A stretch of DNA of 64,000 nt. It comes from Macrostomum lignano (lineage: Eukaryota). How positions within the stretch are numbered: the first letter of the stretch is position 1; each line of letters starts with the position of its first letter. Location: NCBI GenBank assembly GCA_002269645.1, contig NIVC01000212.1:434001-498000 (forward strand), in the 5' to 3' direction. Under the pieces are notes generated by a model. The model was given only the letters and a program-made list of their open reading frames with translations, searched no databases and had not been told where the DNA came from. The translations under genes were made by a program, and so were the position numbers. Positions 1 through 12,335 of this stretch are shown here, piece by piece.

Positions 1-152
1 TCAGTTAGTTAGTCAGTTAGTTAGTTAATCAGTTAGTCAGTTGGTTAGTTAGTCAGTTAGTTAGTTAGTTAGTTAGTTAGTTAGCCAGTTAGTTAGTCAG
101 TTAGTTAGTTAGTTAGTCACTTAGTTAGCCAGTTAGTTAGTTATTTAGTTAG
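1..152. repeat. (GTTA)n microsatellite, intronic
   Basis: Tandem GTTA/GTCA units ending ~30 nt before the acceptor GGGCAG at 184. Confidence 0.95.
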
Positions 153-184
153 TAATTGTTTCCCTGATTATTTATGTCGGGCAG

Positions 185-3100
185 TGTACACGCCCCCGCG
201 AACTCGAACCCTCAACCTCCACCCTTGCTTCCTGGCCAGATACCAGCCGGAAGCCGCCCATCAGCTGGTGGGCCGTGACCTCCTGCTATCCGGTCGCAGC
301 CAGGCGCAGGTGTACCTACGCTGGGAGACGCCGCTGCTGCCGCCGACTTCCCCAACTCTGCTAGCCGCCGAGCTGTCAACATCGCCAACATCGGCAGTAC
401 AGCGAGCCGTACGAGACTTTTTTACCAGTCGACTCGGCAGAGTTCAGTGCTTGTCAGTCTGGCGCGACTGCTCCATTGCTGTCCGGTTGCTGGCGAACAG
501 GATTTTAATAAGGAAGCAGCGTTGAACTTAGTCGGCGAATGCCTGCAGCTGGCACCCGGCCTGAGCGCCCCGGTGCTCTGGGCTCCTGGCCGGTGTCCAG
601 GCGATGGCTCGTTCAGTTTTAGTCGACTTCGCCTGCGGCAGGTCAGCTCCGGCTGCTGGCAGCGGCCGGTGACCGTTCGCGATGTGCACTCGCGCTTTCA
701 TGGACGCATCGGCCGGGTGACATCGGTTGCCTTCAGTAGCCGCGGCTTTATCGAAGTCTGGCTGGAAAATGATGATGATGGGCAGCGGAGTCGTCGGCGA
801 CTGTCCAGTGAACTCGCCGGGCGGAGCTTCCAATTGGCTACCGGAGTCGAACTGGTGGTCGTGGATGATTCCGACAACGACTATAGCTGTCGAACTCTAT
901 TGGCTTCATCTAGAGCTTCTTCCGCTCTCTACTCGTCAAAATCCGCTCCCTACCCAACTGCATCCGCTCCCTCTCCAATCGCATCCGCTCCCTCCCCAAT
1001 CGCATCCGCTCCCTTCCCAATCGCATCCGCTCCCTCCCCAACTACATCCGCTCCCTCCCCAACTACACCCGCTCCCTCAACAACTTCATCCGCTCCCTCC
1101 CCAACTTCATCCGCTCCCTACCCAACTTCATCCGCTCCCTACCCAACTTCATCCGCTCCCCACCCAACTTCATCCGCTCCCTCCCCAACTACACCCGCTC
1201 CCTCCCCAACTTCATCCGCTCCCCACCCAACTTCATCCGCTCCCTACCCAACTTCATCCGCTCCCTACCCAACTTCATCCGCTCCCTACCCAACTTCATC
1301 CGCTCCCTCCTTAACCACATCCGCTCACTCCCCAGCCCCATCCTTCCACACGGACGGGTTCGTACCATCAGGCGGCATCTGCCTGCTTCTCTCTGTCCCA
1401 CGCGGCGGACTTCTCACGCCCGACTCGGCACTCAGCTGCCTAGAGCGACTACTCAAGCATCAGTCGATTAAGTCGAACCTCCGTTGCTTAGCAACTCGCC
1501 GCATCGGCGCCGGCCTTGTCGAAGTGGCCCTGCCGGCGGAATTGTCAAACTCCGCCCTCGCTCTGGTCGGTCGGCGCTACAGATTACTCAATGAAGGTCA
1601 AACGGAAGTCGGCATCGAGCTTGGCCGGTCCTCGCTTCCGGCCTCGACTGTGCAGCTGACTGTGAAAAATCTTCCGTTTGGTACCAGCGTCGAGGACGTC
1701 GCTGAGGCGCTGCGTCAGCGCGGCTGTCGCGTCTTGCGCTGCTTTCTACCATTCAAGGACGAAGCAATGGCCACCGTGACTGAGCTAGTCGACGACGTTG
1801 AATGTAGCGTCGAAATGTCGGTACAGCGTCGCCTTGTCGGCTCCCTGCTGACGGTGGCTGGCGTACAGTGTCCGGTTTTTCTCTCGCTGGAGTCGCTGCC
1901 GCCTACGGCGCGACAGTTCATCGCTGAAACGACATCCGACATGTCGGAGGCGTTGGCGGAGACGGCGGCCAAGTCGACGGCAGTGCAAGCGGCGCTGACT
2001 GACTGGCTGAACGGCCTTGGATGCGGACGGCTTCTGCGGCTTAAGGTGCGTTGGCCTCATTGAATTTGGGATATTTCCCCTATTCTCAAAATAAGATATT
2101 TTCTATCCTCAAAAAGGGATTTTCCCTACTCTGTATGTGGGATATTTCCCCAATTCTCAAAATGGGACTTTTCCCTATTTTAAAGTGGGATATTTCCCCT
2201 ATTCTTAAAGTTAGATATTTCCCCTATTCTTAACTGGGATATTTCCCTATTCTCAAATTTAGGATTCCCCACGCCAGTACTGTTATGATTTTCAAGGTAA
2301 GTAAATTAGTACGATCGTAGTTACGAACGTATACCCACCTAAACCTAACTTGCATTTTCTTGCGTTCCAAAATTTAGGTACCGCTAAACTTTGCCCAATG
2401 TCGCTGTTTTTTCTTCGACCTAGACGTCGAAGAATCTTGTCGCAAATCGCTGAACCACCTGGTTGGCAAGCTGCTGCAACTACCGAGTTCAATATTTGGC
2501 GAGAGCTGCCAAATTCTGTTGACGCAACCAAAGCACGGGCTGCCGCGAACTGCCGGCTGGGTAAAGATCATTGACGAGGAAAAGTGTGCGACTTATGAAG
2601 GCCACGATTCTGCGTCAGCTGGCGGTGAGTTTTACTTTGATCTTGCCGCTACTAGACCCACATGCACTTTGATCTTGCCGCTAATAGACCCAAATGCACT
2701 TTGATCTTGCCGCTACTAGACCCAAATGCACTTTGATCTTGCCGCTACTAGACCCAAATGCACTTTGATCTTGCCGCTACTAGACCCAAATGCACTTTGA
2801 TCTTGCCGCTAATAGACCCAAATGCACTTTGATCTTGCCGCTACTAGACCCACATGCACTTTGATCTTGCCGCTAATAGACCCAAATGCACTTTGATCTT
2901 GCCGCTACTAGACCCAAATGCACTTTGATCTTGCCGCTATTAGACCCACATGTACTTTGATCTTGCCGCTACTAGACCCAAATGCACTTTGATCTTGCCG
3001 CTATTAGACCCAAATGTACTTTGATCTTGCCGCTATTAGACCAAATGCATTTTGATCTTGCCGCTACTAGACCCAAATGTACTTTGATCTTGCCGCTACT

Positions 3101-4286
3101 AGACCCACATGTACTTTGATCTTGCCGCTATTAGACCCAAATGCACTTTGATCTTGCCGCTACTAGACCCAAATGCACTTTGATCTTGCCGCTATTAGAC
3201 CCAAATGTACTTTGATCTTGCCGCTATTAGACCCAAATGCATTTTGATCTTGCCGCTACTAGACCCAAATGTAATTTGATCTTGCCGCTACTAGACCCAC
3301 ATGTACTTTGATCTTGCCGCTATTAGACCCACATGTACTTTGATCTTGCCGCTACTAGACCCAAATGCACTTTGATCTTGCCGCTATTAGACCCAAATGC
3401 ACTTTAATCTTGCCGCTACTACATGTATAATTTAGTGGGTTTAATCTTGCCGCTACTTAGCCGCTACTTGACTTTAAATCTTAACTCGATTAGATTCCAA
3501 ACACTCTGATCACGCTGCCATAACTAACCATAAGTGCCATTAGTTATAAAAACTACACGCCCTCATCATTATCCACTTCCAGACGTGCATCTTAAATCGC
3601 GCCTAATCGAAGCTCTTCAAAGTCGTTTCGGTCAGGTACTCTGTCTTGACACCGACTCCACCGGCTGGCTAGTTGCCTTTGATCTTGCCGCAAATGCCGA
3701 ATTGGCCCTATCGATTGGTCGCTTTGATCTCGACGACTGCCGACTGCGGCTTGTCCGACCGGAGACCGGCTTGGCTCTGCTGCGCCTGTCCAACCTGCCG
3801 CCAGCCGCGACTCGAACCCGGGCCGACGCTGTCCGACTGCTGTTCGGCCGAGACTTTCTCGACGACCTGATGGACGTGTCTGTTGATCGACATCGTCGCC
3901 AGTGCTACGCCGTTGTCGATTCGCGAGCCGGCGCGACACCAAGACAGCTGCTGGCTCGCCTGCGGCACCGCGGCATCGAAGTTGAAGTCACCGACTACAG
4001 CAGCAACCAACAGCACCGGCTTCTAGGCGATGACAATAAACTGTTGCTAAGCAACCTGTCGGATAGCGGGACAGATTATCGATTGGTAAAATGGCTGTCA
4101 ACCTACGGCCGGGTGCTGCGGCTCCAGACGCCGAAACCGTTCAACGGACAGTCGGTGACCACTTTGCTGAGCTCGCACTCGGCCAGAGACGTTGTTGCGT
4201 CTAGCGGCAAAGCGGATGTCGTATTAAACGACGGCATCAAAGTTGAATTGTTTCGTCGAGACGGATTGGTTGGAAATTTGAGCTGA
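185..4286 (+). CDS. Multi-RRM-like protein, 5'-partial, with S/P/T heptad repeat and apparent 1-nt frameshift at ~500
   Basis: Exons 185-2045, 2378-2624, 3583-4286; GT-AG with matching phases 0 and 1; stop TGA 4284-4286. Repeated RRM-like modules: VQLTVKNLPFGTSVEDVAEAL, LLRLSNLPP, LLLSNLSDSGTDYRLVKWLSTYGRV. ORFs 184-525 and 447-2063 join if one G is added at 500-501. No family name recognised. Confidence 0.7.
942..1319 (+). repeat. Coding 21-bp minisatellite, 18 heptads SAP(S/Y/H)PT(S/T)
   Basis: tccgctccctacccaacttca-type units, in frame within ORF 447-2063. Confidence 0.9.
2068..2268. repeat. ~23-bp intronic minisatellite (gggatatttcccctattctcaaa)
   Basis: About 8 degenerate units between donor 2046 and acceptor 2377. 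Confidence 0.85.
2634..3470. repeat. 32-bp intronic minisatellite (actttgatcttgccgctactagacccaaatgc)
   Basis: Roughly 25 near-identical units starting ~10 nt after donor 2625. Confidence 0.95.
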
Positions 4287-4319
4287 GTGCTTGGTGGCGT
4301 TGGCTTTTGTTTGATGAAG

Positions 4320-4660
4320 CTTCACTTTGAAGGGTAAACTTGAAGGTCACAGAGCTTGTGGGGGTTAGTTTCACCTTAAAAAAGTACACTTAAAGGTCAT
4401 TAAACTGAGGAAGGGTACACTTAGAGGTCAACGAGCTTGAAAGAGCTAGCTTCATCTTAAAGGGTACACTTGAAAGTCAACGAGCTTGGAAGGGCTAGCT
4501 TCATCTTGAAGGGTACACTTAAAGGTCAACGAGCTTGGAAGAGCTAGCTTCATCTTGAAGGGTACACTTAAAGGTCAACGAGCTTGGGGTCAATATATGA
4601 GGTCACAAATCTAAATAAAGTTACACCTGAAGGTCACTAAACTAGAGGGTAGATTTTATT
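4320..4660. repeat. Degenerate ~49-bp tandem repeat (agggtacacttaaaggtcaacgagcttggaagagctagcttcatcttga)
   Basis: Three clear copies at ~4425-4590 plus decayed flanking copies. Confidence 0.7.
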
Positions 4661-5157
4661 TTAAAGGTACATTTTGAATGAGGTTGACAGTCGTAGCCTT
4701 CTTTTTAAGGGTACATATGAAGGTCTCCGTGGTTGAGACGATAATCATCAATTATGCTTTAGTAAACTACGAGTATATATGATTTCAATCGCGCATTTAC
4801 AGCCAATTTCTATTGTTTTTTTTTGCTGTTGCAAAAGTATATAAAAGACGTAATTGAGATCTTTCTAGCAAACGAACTGCTGTGCATTTTTGTAAAAACC
4901 AGTTAGTTTTTGGCTTGGCTTTGTTGATTTCTTTTTTGTTTTGTTTTAACTTTAAATAGAATTTCCCTAAGCTCAGCGGTTAACGCGTCTGACTCTTTCG
5001 CCACGATCCCCCCCCCCCAAGACACATGTCTGACCATCCATTAGAAGTCAGAGCCGCTGTACACCCCGTGTGAGCGGGTGTGTGAGCCAGGAATCTCAGA
5101 AGTTAGCGGAATGGGAATTTCAGCTTTATAAATCAACAGCAAATCCAGCGCATCAGA

Positions 5158-8100
5158 ATGCACTCCATAACCGACGTGAACAAGCCGCTATGGGACCAGA
5201 GCACCTTCTGGGGCCGGTTGCGTCATTTCGCCTGGCTCACCGATCCGCGCTCCGTGTTCGCCAGCCGGGCCAAGCTGGAAGCGAGCCGCGACCTCATCTT
5301 GGCCTGCCGCTCTGGCGCTGTGGATCCGCGCACGGTGCCCGAAGCCGAGTTGATTCGGGCGAAACAGCTGTTCGAGAGCGCCTATCATCCTGACTCTGGC
5401 GAGCTGCAGAATCTGGTTGGCAGGATGAGCTTCCAGGTGCCCGGCGGTATGGCGCTGACCGGAGCCCTGATGGCCTTCTATAGGACTACCGCTCAGGTGA
5501 GACTTTGAGCTGACCTCTCTTGTCTGGGGTAGCTGCTCTCACTATCTGCCTGCCTGTCTGTCTGTTTTTCTGTCTGTCTGTCTGTCTGTCCGTGTGTCTG
5601 TCTGTCTGTCTGCCTGTCTGTCTGTCTGTCTGTCTGTCTGTCCGTGTGTCTGTCTGTCTGTCTGCCTGTCTGTCTGTCTGTCTGTCTGTCTGTCTGACTG
5701 CCTGTCTGTCCGTGTGTCTGTCTGTCTGACTGCCTGTCTGTCTGTCTGTCTGTCTGTCCGTGTGTCTGTTTGTCTGTCTGACTGCCTGTCTGTCTGTCTG
5801 TCTGTCTGTCTATCTGTCTGTCTGTCTATATCTGTCTGTCTGTCTGTCTATCCGTCTGTCTGTCTGGCTATTTTCTTTCCCTAAAAAGCCCCTTGCTCTT
5901 CTCTTGCATTCTGTTTCCTGAGACTGGCAATTTAGGCTTTACATAAAAAAATTGGTCACCAAAATAGGAATGCGCTCCTTTTTCAAACGACTTATTAGTG
6001 AAGACGCCATTGCACTGCTGTTAATAGGTGCTTGAACTCTTTAATCATTAATGACAGCAAACCGCCTTTAATCCAGGTAGTATTCTGGCAGTGGGTGAAC
6101 CAGTCGTTCAACGCTCTGGTGAACTACACCAACAGGAATGCCAACTCGGGCATCACCAGTCAGCAGCTGATGATTGCTTACACAAGCGCCACCGGCTCTG
6201 CCATTGCCGTGTCTCTCGGGCTCAAAGCTTTCCTGGCTAAACGAGCGCCTCCGTTTGCCCAACGATTCGTACCGTTCGTTGCTGTTGCCGCAGCTAATTT
6301 GGTTAATCTGCCGCTGATGCGACAGGCTGAACTGCTGCAAGGAGTGCAGGTCAAGGATGAGAACGGAAATCAGGTTGGCACGTCTCGGGTAAGTTTCATG
6401 CTCACTGCCTGGTAGGTGTGGCCCTACTAACCGCGACCAGCTCTGCTTAACTTGCAGCACTTCCAGATGTACATAGGGTCCAGTCTGATAGGACATCCGA
6501 GATGTACATAGGCTCAGTGTGTTTGTGCAATCTTCCAATCCAATTTTCCAGTACGCCGCTTGCAAAGGCATCGGTCAGGTCGTCACGTCGCGTATCACCA
6601 TTGCTGCGCCGGGAATGCGTGAGTAGTCATGGAAACCAAAAATTTCCATATAGACCTACATGTAGTTGCTTCTGCTGCATAGGCATTGTGTACCAAAATG
6701 TTTCCTTGCAGTTCAGGTACCCGAACCTAGCAATCCAGGTTTCTAACCTAGCAATCCAGGTTTCTAACCTAGCAATCCAGGTTTCTAACCTAACAGTCTA
6801 GATATTTGACCTAATAGTCCATGTACTTTATCTAGCCTAGCAGTCCGTGTACTCTACATAACCTAACAGTCCAGATATCTGACTTAGTAGTCTATATACT
6901 CTATCTAGCCTAGCAGTCCATGTACTCTACCTAACCTATCAGTCCAGATATCTAACCAGAAATTCGGCTATCTTTTAGCCATACATCTTTTACATGGTCT
7001 AGGTGTCCAATCCAGCCGACCCTAGTAGTCCATGTGTTTAACCCGCGCTCATAAATCCTCGCAGTGGTGACGCCGTTCATCATGGATCGTCTGGAGACAG
7101 CCCGTTGGTTTGCCAGGCGCCGAGCGGTCCTGGACGCTCCACTGCAGACGCTGTTTATTGGCAGCTTGTGAGTGCCTGTGGCTGCTGCTGTTAATGTATA
7201 GTTTAGCTTTTGTATTGATTCATAACATTTGAGTCTAAATGTTTTTTCTCAATTCAAGCCTGCTGTTCATGGTGCCGACTGGGTGTGCCATTTTTCCCCA
7301 AAACAGGTGAGTTATTCAGATGCAGTTCGTGACCCTATATTGTAAGTTAGGGTCTATGAGAATCGGCCTTGAATCATCCATTAGAATCGGCCCTGAACCA
7401 TCCATGAGAATCGCCCCTGAATCATCCATGGGAATCACCCCTGAATAATCCATGAGAATCGCCCCTGAATCATCCATGAGAATCGGCATTGAATCATCCA
7501 TGAGAATCGGCCCTGAATCATCCATGAGAATCGGCCCTGAATCATCCATGAGAATCGGTCCTGAACCATCCATGAGAATCGGCTCTGAACCATCCATGAG
7601 AATCGCCCCTGAATCATCCATGAGAATCGCCCCTGAACCATCCATCAGAATCGCCCCTGAATCATCCATGAGAATCGCCCCTGAACCATCCATGAGAATC
7701 GCCCCTGAACCATCCATAAAAATCGCCCCTGAACCATCCATGAGAATCGCCCCTGAACCATCCATGAGAATCGGCTCTGAACCATCCATGAGAATCGGCT
7801 TTGAACCAGCCATGAGAATCCGCCCTGAACCATCCATGAGAATCGCCCCTGAACCATCCATGAGAATCGCCCCTGAACCATCCATCAGAATCGCCCCTGA
7901 ATCATCCATGAGAATCGGCCCTGAAACATCTATGAGAATGGCCCCTGAATCGCCCCTTGAATCCCTAGTCAGAATACATGTTAACTGTTATTTCTTAGAA
8001 ACTCTATCAGGTCATTGCTCATTCCCTAGTAATAATTTATAACCGGACTCTTAAATTCTCTATTAATTTCTCCAACCCTCAGCTCCGTGTCGCTGCAACA

Positions 8101-8191
8101 GCTGAAGCGCTTTGACGAGCCTGAGTACGCCAAACTCAAAGCTAGAGGCTATTCTGATGGTCAAAAATTATACTTTAATAAGGGCCTATAA
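5158..8191 (+). CDS. SFXN2: Sideroflexin, SFXN2-like mitochondrial carrier
   Basis: Exons 5158-5496, 6077-6388, 6552-6618, 7065-7167, 7259-7306, 8083-8191 with consistent phases. Motifs [58 protein letters not shown] and C-terminal YFNKGL*. Confidence 0.95.
5545..5868. repeat. (CTGT)n microsatellite, SFXN2 intron 1
   Basis: Imperfect tandem CTGT. Confidence 0.95.
6722..7035. repeat. Degenerate 21-bp-based repeat, SFXN2 intron 3
   Basis: ctaacctagcaatccaggttt x3, then decayed cagtccatgtactctatctag variants. Confidence 0.7.
7357..7965. repeat. 24-bp minisatellite (gaatcgcccctgaaccatccatga), SFXN2 intron 5
   Basis: About 25 units; explains ORFs 7316-7909 and 7452-8042. Confidence 0.95.
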
Positions 8192-8374
8192 ATCTCTCAG
8201 ATCCTAACAGACTTCCGAGCTCAAGGAACATCCAATTAATCGATTAACTACTATAGACTCAGCCGAATTCCCTGTCATAAACATTATTCTGTATTCCAGT
8301 GCTTGATAAATTAATATTTTTTATTGCGATAGTGACATTTCACTATCGAATCATCTGGTTGAAGGTCAGGGTTA

Positions 8375-9014
8375 CAGTCAAATTGTCACTATAGACAGTC
8401 GAATTGTCACTGCAGTCAAATTGTCACTATAGACAGTCAAATTGTCACTGACAGTCAAATTGTCACTATAGACAGTCAAATTGTCACTATAGACAGTCAA
8501 ATTGTCACTATTGACAGTCAAATTGTCACTATAGACAGTCAAATTGTCACTATTGACAGTCAAATTGTCACTATAGACAGTCAAATTGTCACTGACAGTC
8601 AAATTGTCACTGACAGTCAAATTGTCACTATTGACAGTCAAATTGTCACTATAGACAGTCAAATTGTCACTGACAGTCAAATTGTCACTGACAGTCAAAT
8701 TGTCACTATTGACAGTCAAATTGTCACTATAGACAGTCAAATTGTCACTGACAGTCAAATTGTCACTGACAGTCAAATTGTCACTATTGACAGTCAAATT
8801 GTCACTATAGACAGTCAAATTGTCACTATTGACAGTCAAATTGTCACTATTGACAGTCAAATTGTCACTAGACAGTCGAATTGTCACTATAGACAGTCGA
8901 ATTGTCACTGACAGTCGAATTGTCACTGACAGTCAAATTGTCACTGGCAGTCAAATTGTCACTGACAGTCAAATTTTTACAAATTGTCACTATAGACAGT
9001 CAAATTGTCACTGA
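8375..9014. repeat. 21/18-bp minisatellite (gacagtcaaattgtcactata) downstream of SFXN2
   Basis: Mixed 21- and 18-bp units, each with an internal gaca/tgtc inverted repeat. Confidence 0.95.
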
Positions 9015-9547
9015 CAGGCGGTTATAATTTTTATCTTGTCGATTTTTCTTAGTCAGGTGGACGGTTCAACTCTCTGTAAAGCTTGCCAGAAAATAGTTAG
9101 CTGTTTCGATTTTTAACCCCTATTACATTTACATGAATTGTTTAACTTTGTTGAAAATTGGAGTTACTTCAGTGTGTGTAAATGTGTTTTGGAATTTACT
9201 AAATAATGTCTAGTGTGTAGTCTGTAGTAATTAAATAGATTTTAATTGTTGTGTTTCAGAACTTTTTTATTCTAAATTGCCTAAAAGTAATTCTTCCCTC
9301 AATATTTCAAAATCAAGTGGTGTAACACTGGCCCCAGGCAATTGTTATAATCTCGCATGCCCTATTTTAACTATTAAATCCACCGCATTAACTATTTTAA
9401 TTCTATCTATTATGATTCATTTTTTGCTCGACTTGAACGAGGTACAATTTTTATAGCTGTTTTTTGCTTCAATAAAATTCTAATTTTTATTCTCCTTCTG
9501 AATTAATTTCCTGTGTTTAAAGCAAATAGTGAGTCTTGACTGTTTTG

Positions 9548-9557
9548 CCCGACCCGC

Positions 9558-9590
<33 letters not shown>

Positions 9591-10675
9591 GGCAGACAGA
9601 CAGACAGACAGAGAGGACAGACACACAGAGCGAGCAGACAGGCAGACACACAGAGAGAACAGACACACAGAGCGAGCAGACAGGCAGACACACAGAGAGA
9701 ACAGACACGCAAAGCGAGCAGACAGGCAGACACACAGACAGACACACAGAGCGAGCCGACAGGCAGACACACAGAGAGAACAGACACACAGAGCGAGCAG
9801 ACAGGCAGACACACAGACAGACACACAGAGAGAACAGACACAGAGCGAGCAGACAGGCAGATACACAGACAGACACACAGAGCTAGCAGACAGGCAGACA
9901 CACAGTGCGAGCAGACAGGCAGACACACAGAGAGAACAGACACAGAGCGAGCAGACAGGCAGACACACAGAGAGAACAGACACAGAGCGAGCAGACAGGC
10001 AGACACACAGACAGACACACAGAGAGAACAGACACACAAAGCGAGCAGACAGGCAGACACACAGAGCGAGCAGACAGGCAGACACACAGAGAGAACAGAC
10101 ACACAGAGCGAGCAGACAGGCAGACACACAGACAGACACACAGAGAGAACAGACACACAAAGCGAGCAGACAGGCAGACACACAGAGCGAGCAGACAGGC
10201 AGACACACAGAGAGAACAGACACACAGAGCGAGCAGACAGGCAGACACACAGACAGACACACAGAGAGAACAGACACACAAAGCGAGCAGACAGGCAGAC
10301 ACACAGAGCGAGCAGACAGGCAGACACACAGAGAGAACAGACACACAGAGCGAGCAGACAGGCAGACACACAGAGAGAACAGACACAGAGCGAGCAGACA
10401 GGCAGACACACAGACAGACACACAGAGAGAACAGACACACAAAGCGAGCAGACAGGCAGACACACAGAGCGAGCAGACAGGCAGACACACAGAGAGAACA
10501 GACACACAGACAGACACACAGAGAGAACAGACACACAGAGCAAACAGACAGGCAGACACACAGACAGACACACAGAGAGAACAGACACACAAAGCGAGCA
10601 GACAGGCAGACACACAGACAGACACACAGAGAGAACAGACACACAGCGAGACAGGCAGACACGCAGACAGACATG
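9548..10675. repeat. CAGA/CA-derived compound minisatellite
   Basis: Recurring gagcgagcagacaggcagacacacagagagaacagac blocks. Confidence 0.95.
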
Positions 10676-10853
10676 AGCAAAGAACTAGCACGGACAGTCA
10701 TTTAAAGTGCCGTTATATCAAACAAACAAGAGAGTGCAGATAACAAAATTAGACATTAGCAACCACTCAACAACAAAGGTCTATACTGATTTTCAGTGCC
10801 GCAAAAGCCGGCCAACCCAAAGCAACCCCAGCCACAGCCTGCCCTAAGCCGCA

Positions 10854-11712
10854 ATGGCAAAATCAGACAGCGGAGTCGGCCGCAAGTTGCTGCTCAAATC
10901 TGAACGTGAGAAATGCTGGCACGCGAGAGATGCCTATTGGGCCTGTCTGGAGAGCGGTCGCGAGTCCGGCACAGGCAAGGCCAACAGATGCTCCAAAGAG
11001 CTGGCAGAGTTTCATAATGCCTGTCCGAGGCAATGGGTGAGTGTTATAGAGCTTTGGGGAGCACTCACGGGTGTCTTTAGGGATCGCTCGCAGGTGTAAT
11101 CAAAGATCATTCACAGGTGTCATTAAATATCGCTCACAGGTGTCATTTAAATCATTCACAGGTGTCATTAAAGATCATTCGCAGGTATCATTAAAGATCA
11201 TTCACATGTGTCATTAAATATCGCTCACAGGTGTCATTAACGATCATTCACAGGTGTCATTTGGGATAACTCACAGTTGTGATTGGGAATCACACAGGTT
11301 TCATTAAAGATCATTCACAGGTGTCATTCGAGATAACTCACAGTTGTGATTGGGGATCACTCACAGGTGTGATTGGGGATCACTCACAGGTGTAATTGGG
11401 GATCACTCACAGGTGTGATTGGGGATCACTCACAGGTGTGATTGGGGATCACTCACAGGTGTAATTGGGGATCACTCACAGGTGTGATTGCGGATCACTC
11501 ACAGGTGTAATTGGAGATCACTCAAAGGTGTGATAAGGTATCAAGCATAAACCCGACGCCCCCTATTGGATCCTCAGATTGATCACTTTGTCAGGAAGCG
11601 CGAATACGACCTGTTCAAGGAGAAAATCGAGAAAGGCGAAGCATCTGATAAGGATATAAAAAGTCACATGACTTTCTCCATCCCAAAGGAGGCCAGAAGT
11701 GGGCCAGCTTGA
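10854..11712 (+). CDS. COA6: Cytochrome c oxidase assembly factor 6
   Basis: Exons 10854-11036 and 11578-11712, phase 0. REKCWHARDAYWACL...C...FHNACPRQW|IDHFVRKREY matches the CX9CXnCX10C COA6/COX6B pattern. AATAAA at 11715-11720. Confidence 0.9.
11082..11535. repeat. 23-bp minisatellite (ggggatcactcacaggtgtgatt), COA6 intron
   Basis: About 19 units, degenerate on the 5' side. Confidence 0.9.
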
Positions 11713-12034
11713 CTAATAAAGTTGCATGGATTTGAATATAATTGTGCCGCCTATTATGTCATCCAGTGCACGCCTGTACTATATGAAAATCTATGTCTTT
11801 TCACTGTTCGGTTCAATTTTAAATTTAGTTAATAGCCGTTAATTAAATAAATCATTTGCTCGCGCCGTGCATGCGTAATAAGAAAACTTCAATTGTGTCT
11901 TTTTGTGTCGTTTTAATTCAAGGAAGATTTAGACAGTAGGTAGTCGATGTAAATAATAATGTGTATCATACTGCTAATTCGACCGGTAAACCTTAGTTGC
12001 CTATCTGATGTTTCAATTTTGTATTATCTTATCA

Positions 12035-12335
12035 TCTCTCACTCTTCTCTTCCCTCTTCTCTCCCCTCTCCTCTCTTCTCTCTCCTCTCCTCTCATCTCT
12101 TCTCTCTCTCATCTCTCTTCTCTCTTGTCTCATCTCTTTCCTTATCTCTTCTTCTCTCCTTTCCTCTCTTCTCTCCTTCCTCATCTCTTTTCTCCTCTCC
12201 TCTCTTCTCTCTCCTCTTCTCTCTCTTCTCTCTCATCTCCTTTCATCTCTCTCCTCTCCTCTCTCCTTTACTGTCATCTTTCTTTTCTCCTCTCCTCTCT
12301 TGTCTTCTCTCTCCTCTCTTCTCTTTCCTCTATTT
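12035..12335. repeat. CT-rich low-complexity tract
   Basis: Almost purely pyrimidine. Confidence 0.9.

Noticed and set aside
9480-10743. ORFs of 250-400 aa here and at 13.4-14.3, 21-26 and 40-42 kb
   Set aside because: Open in several frames because they are simple repeats; the real exons lie around them.
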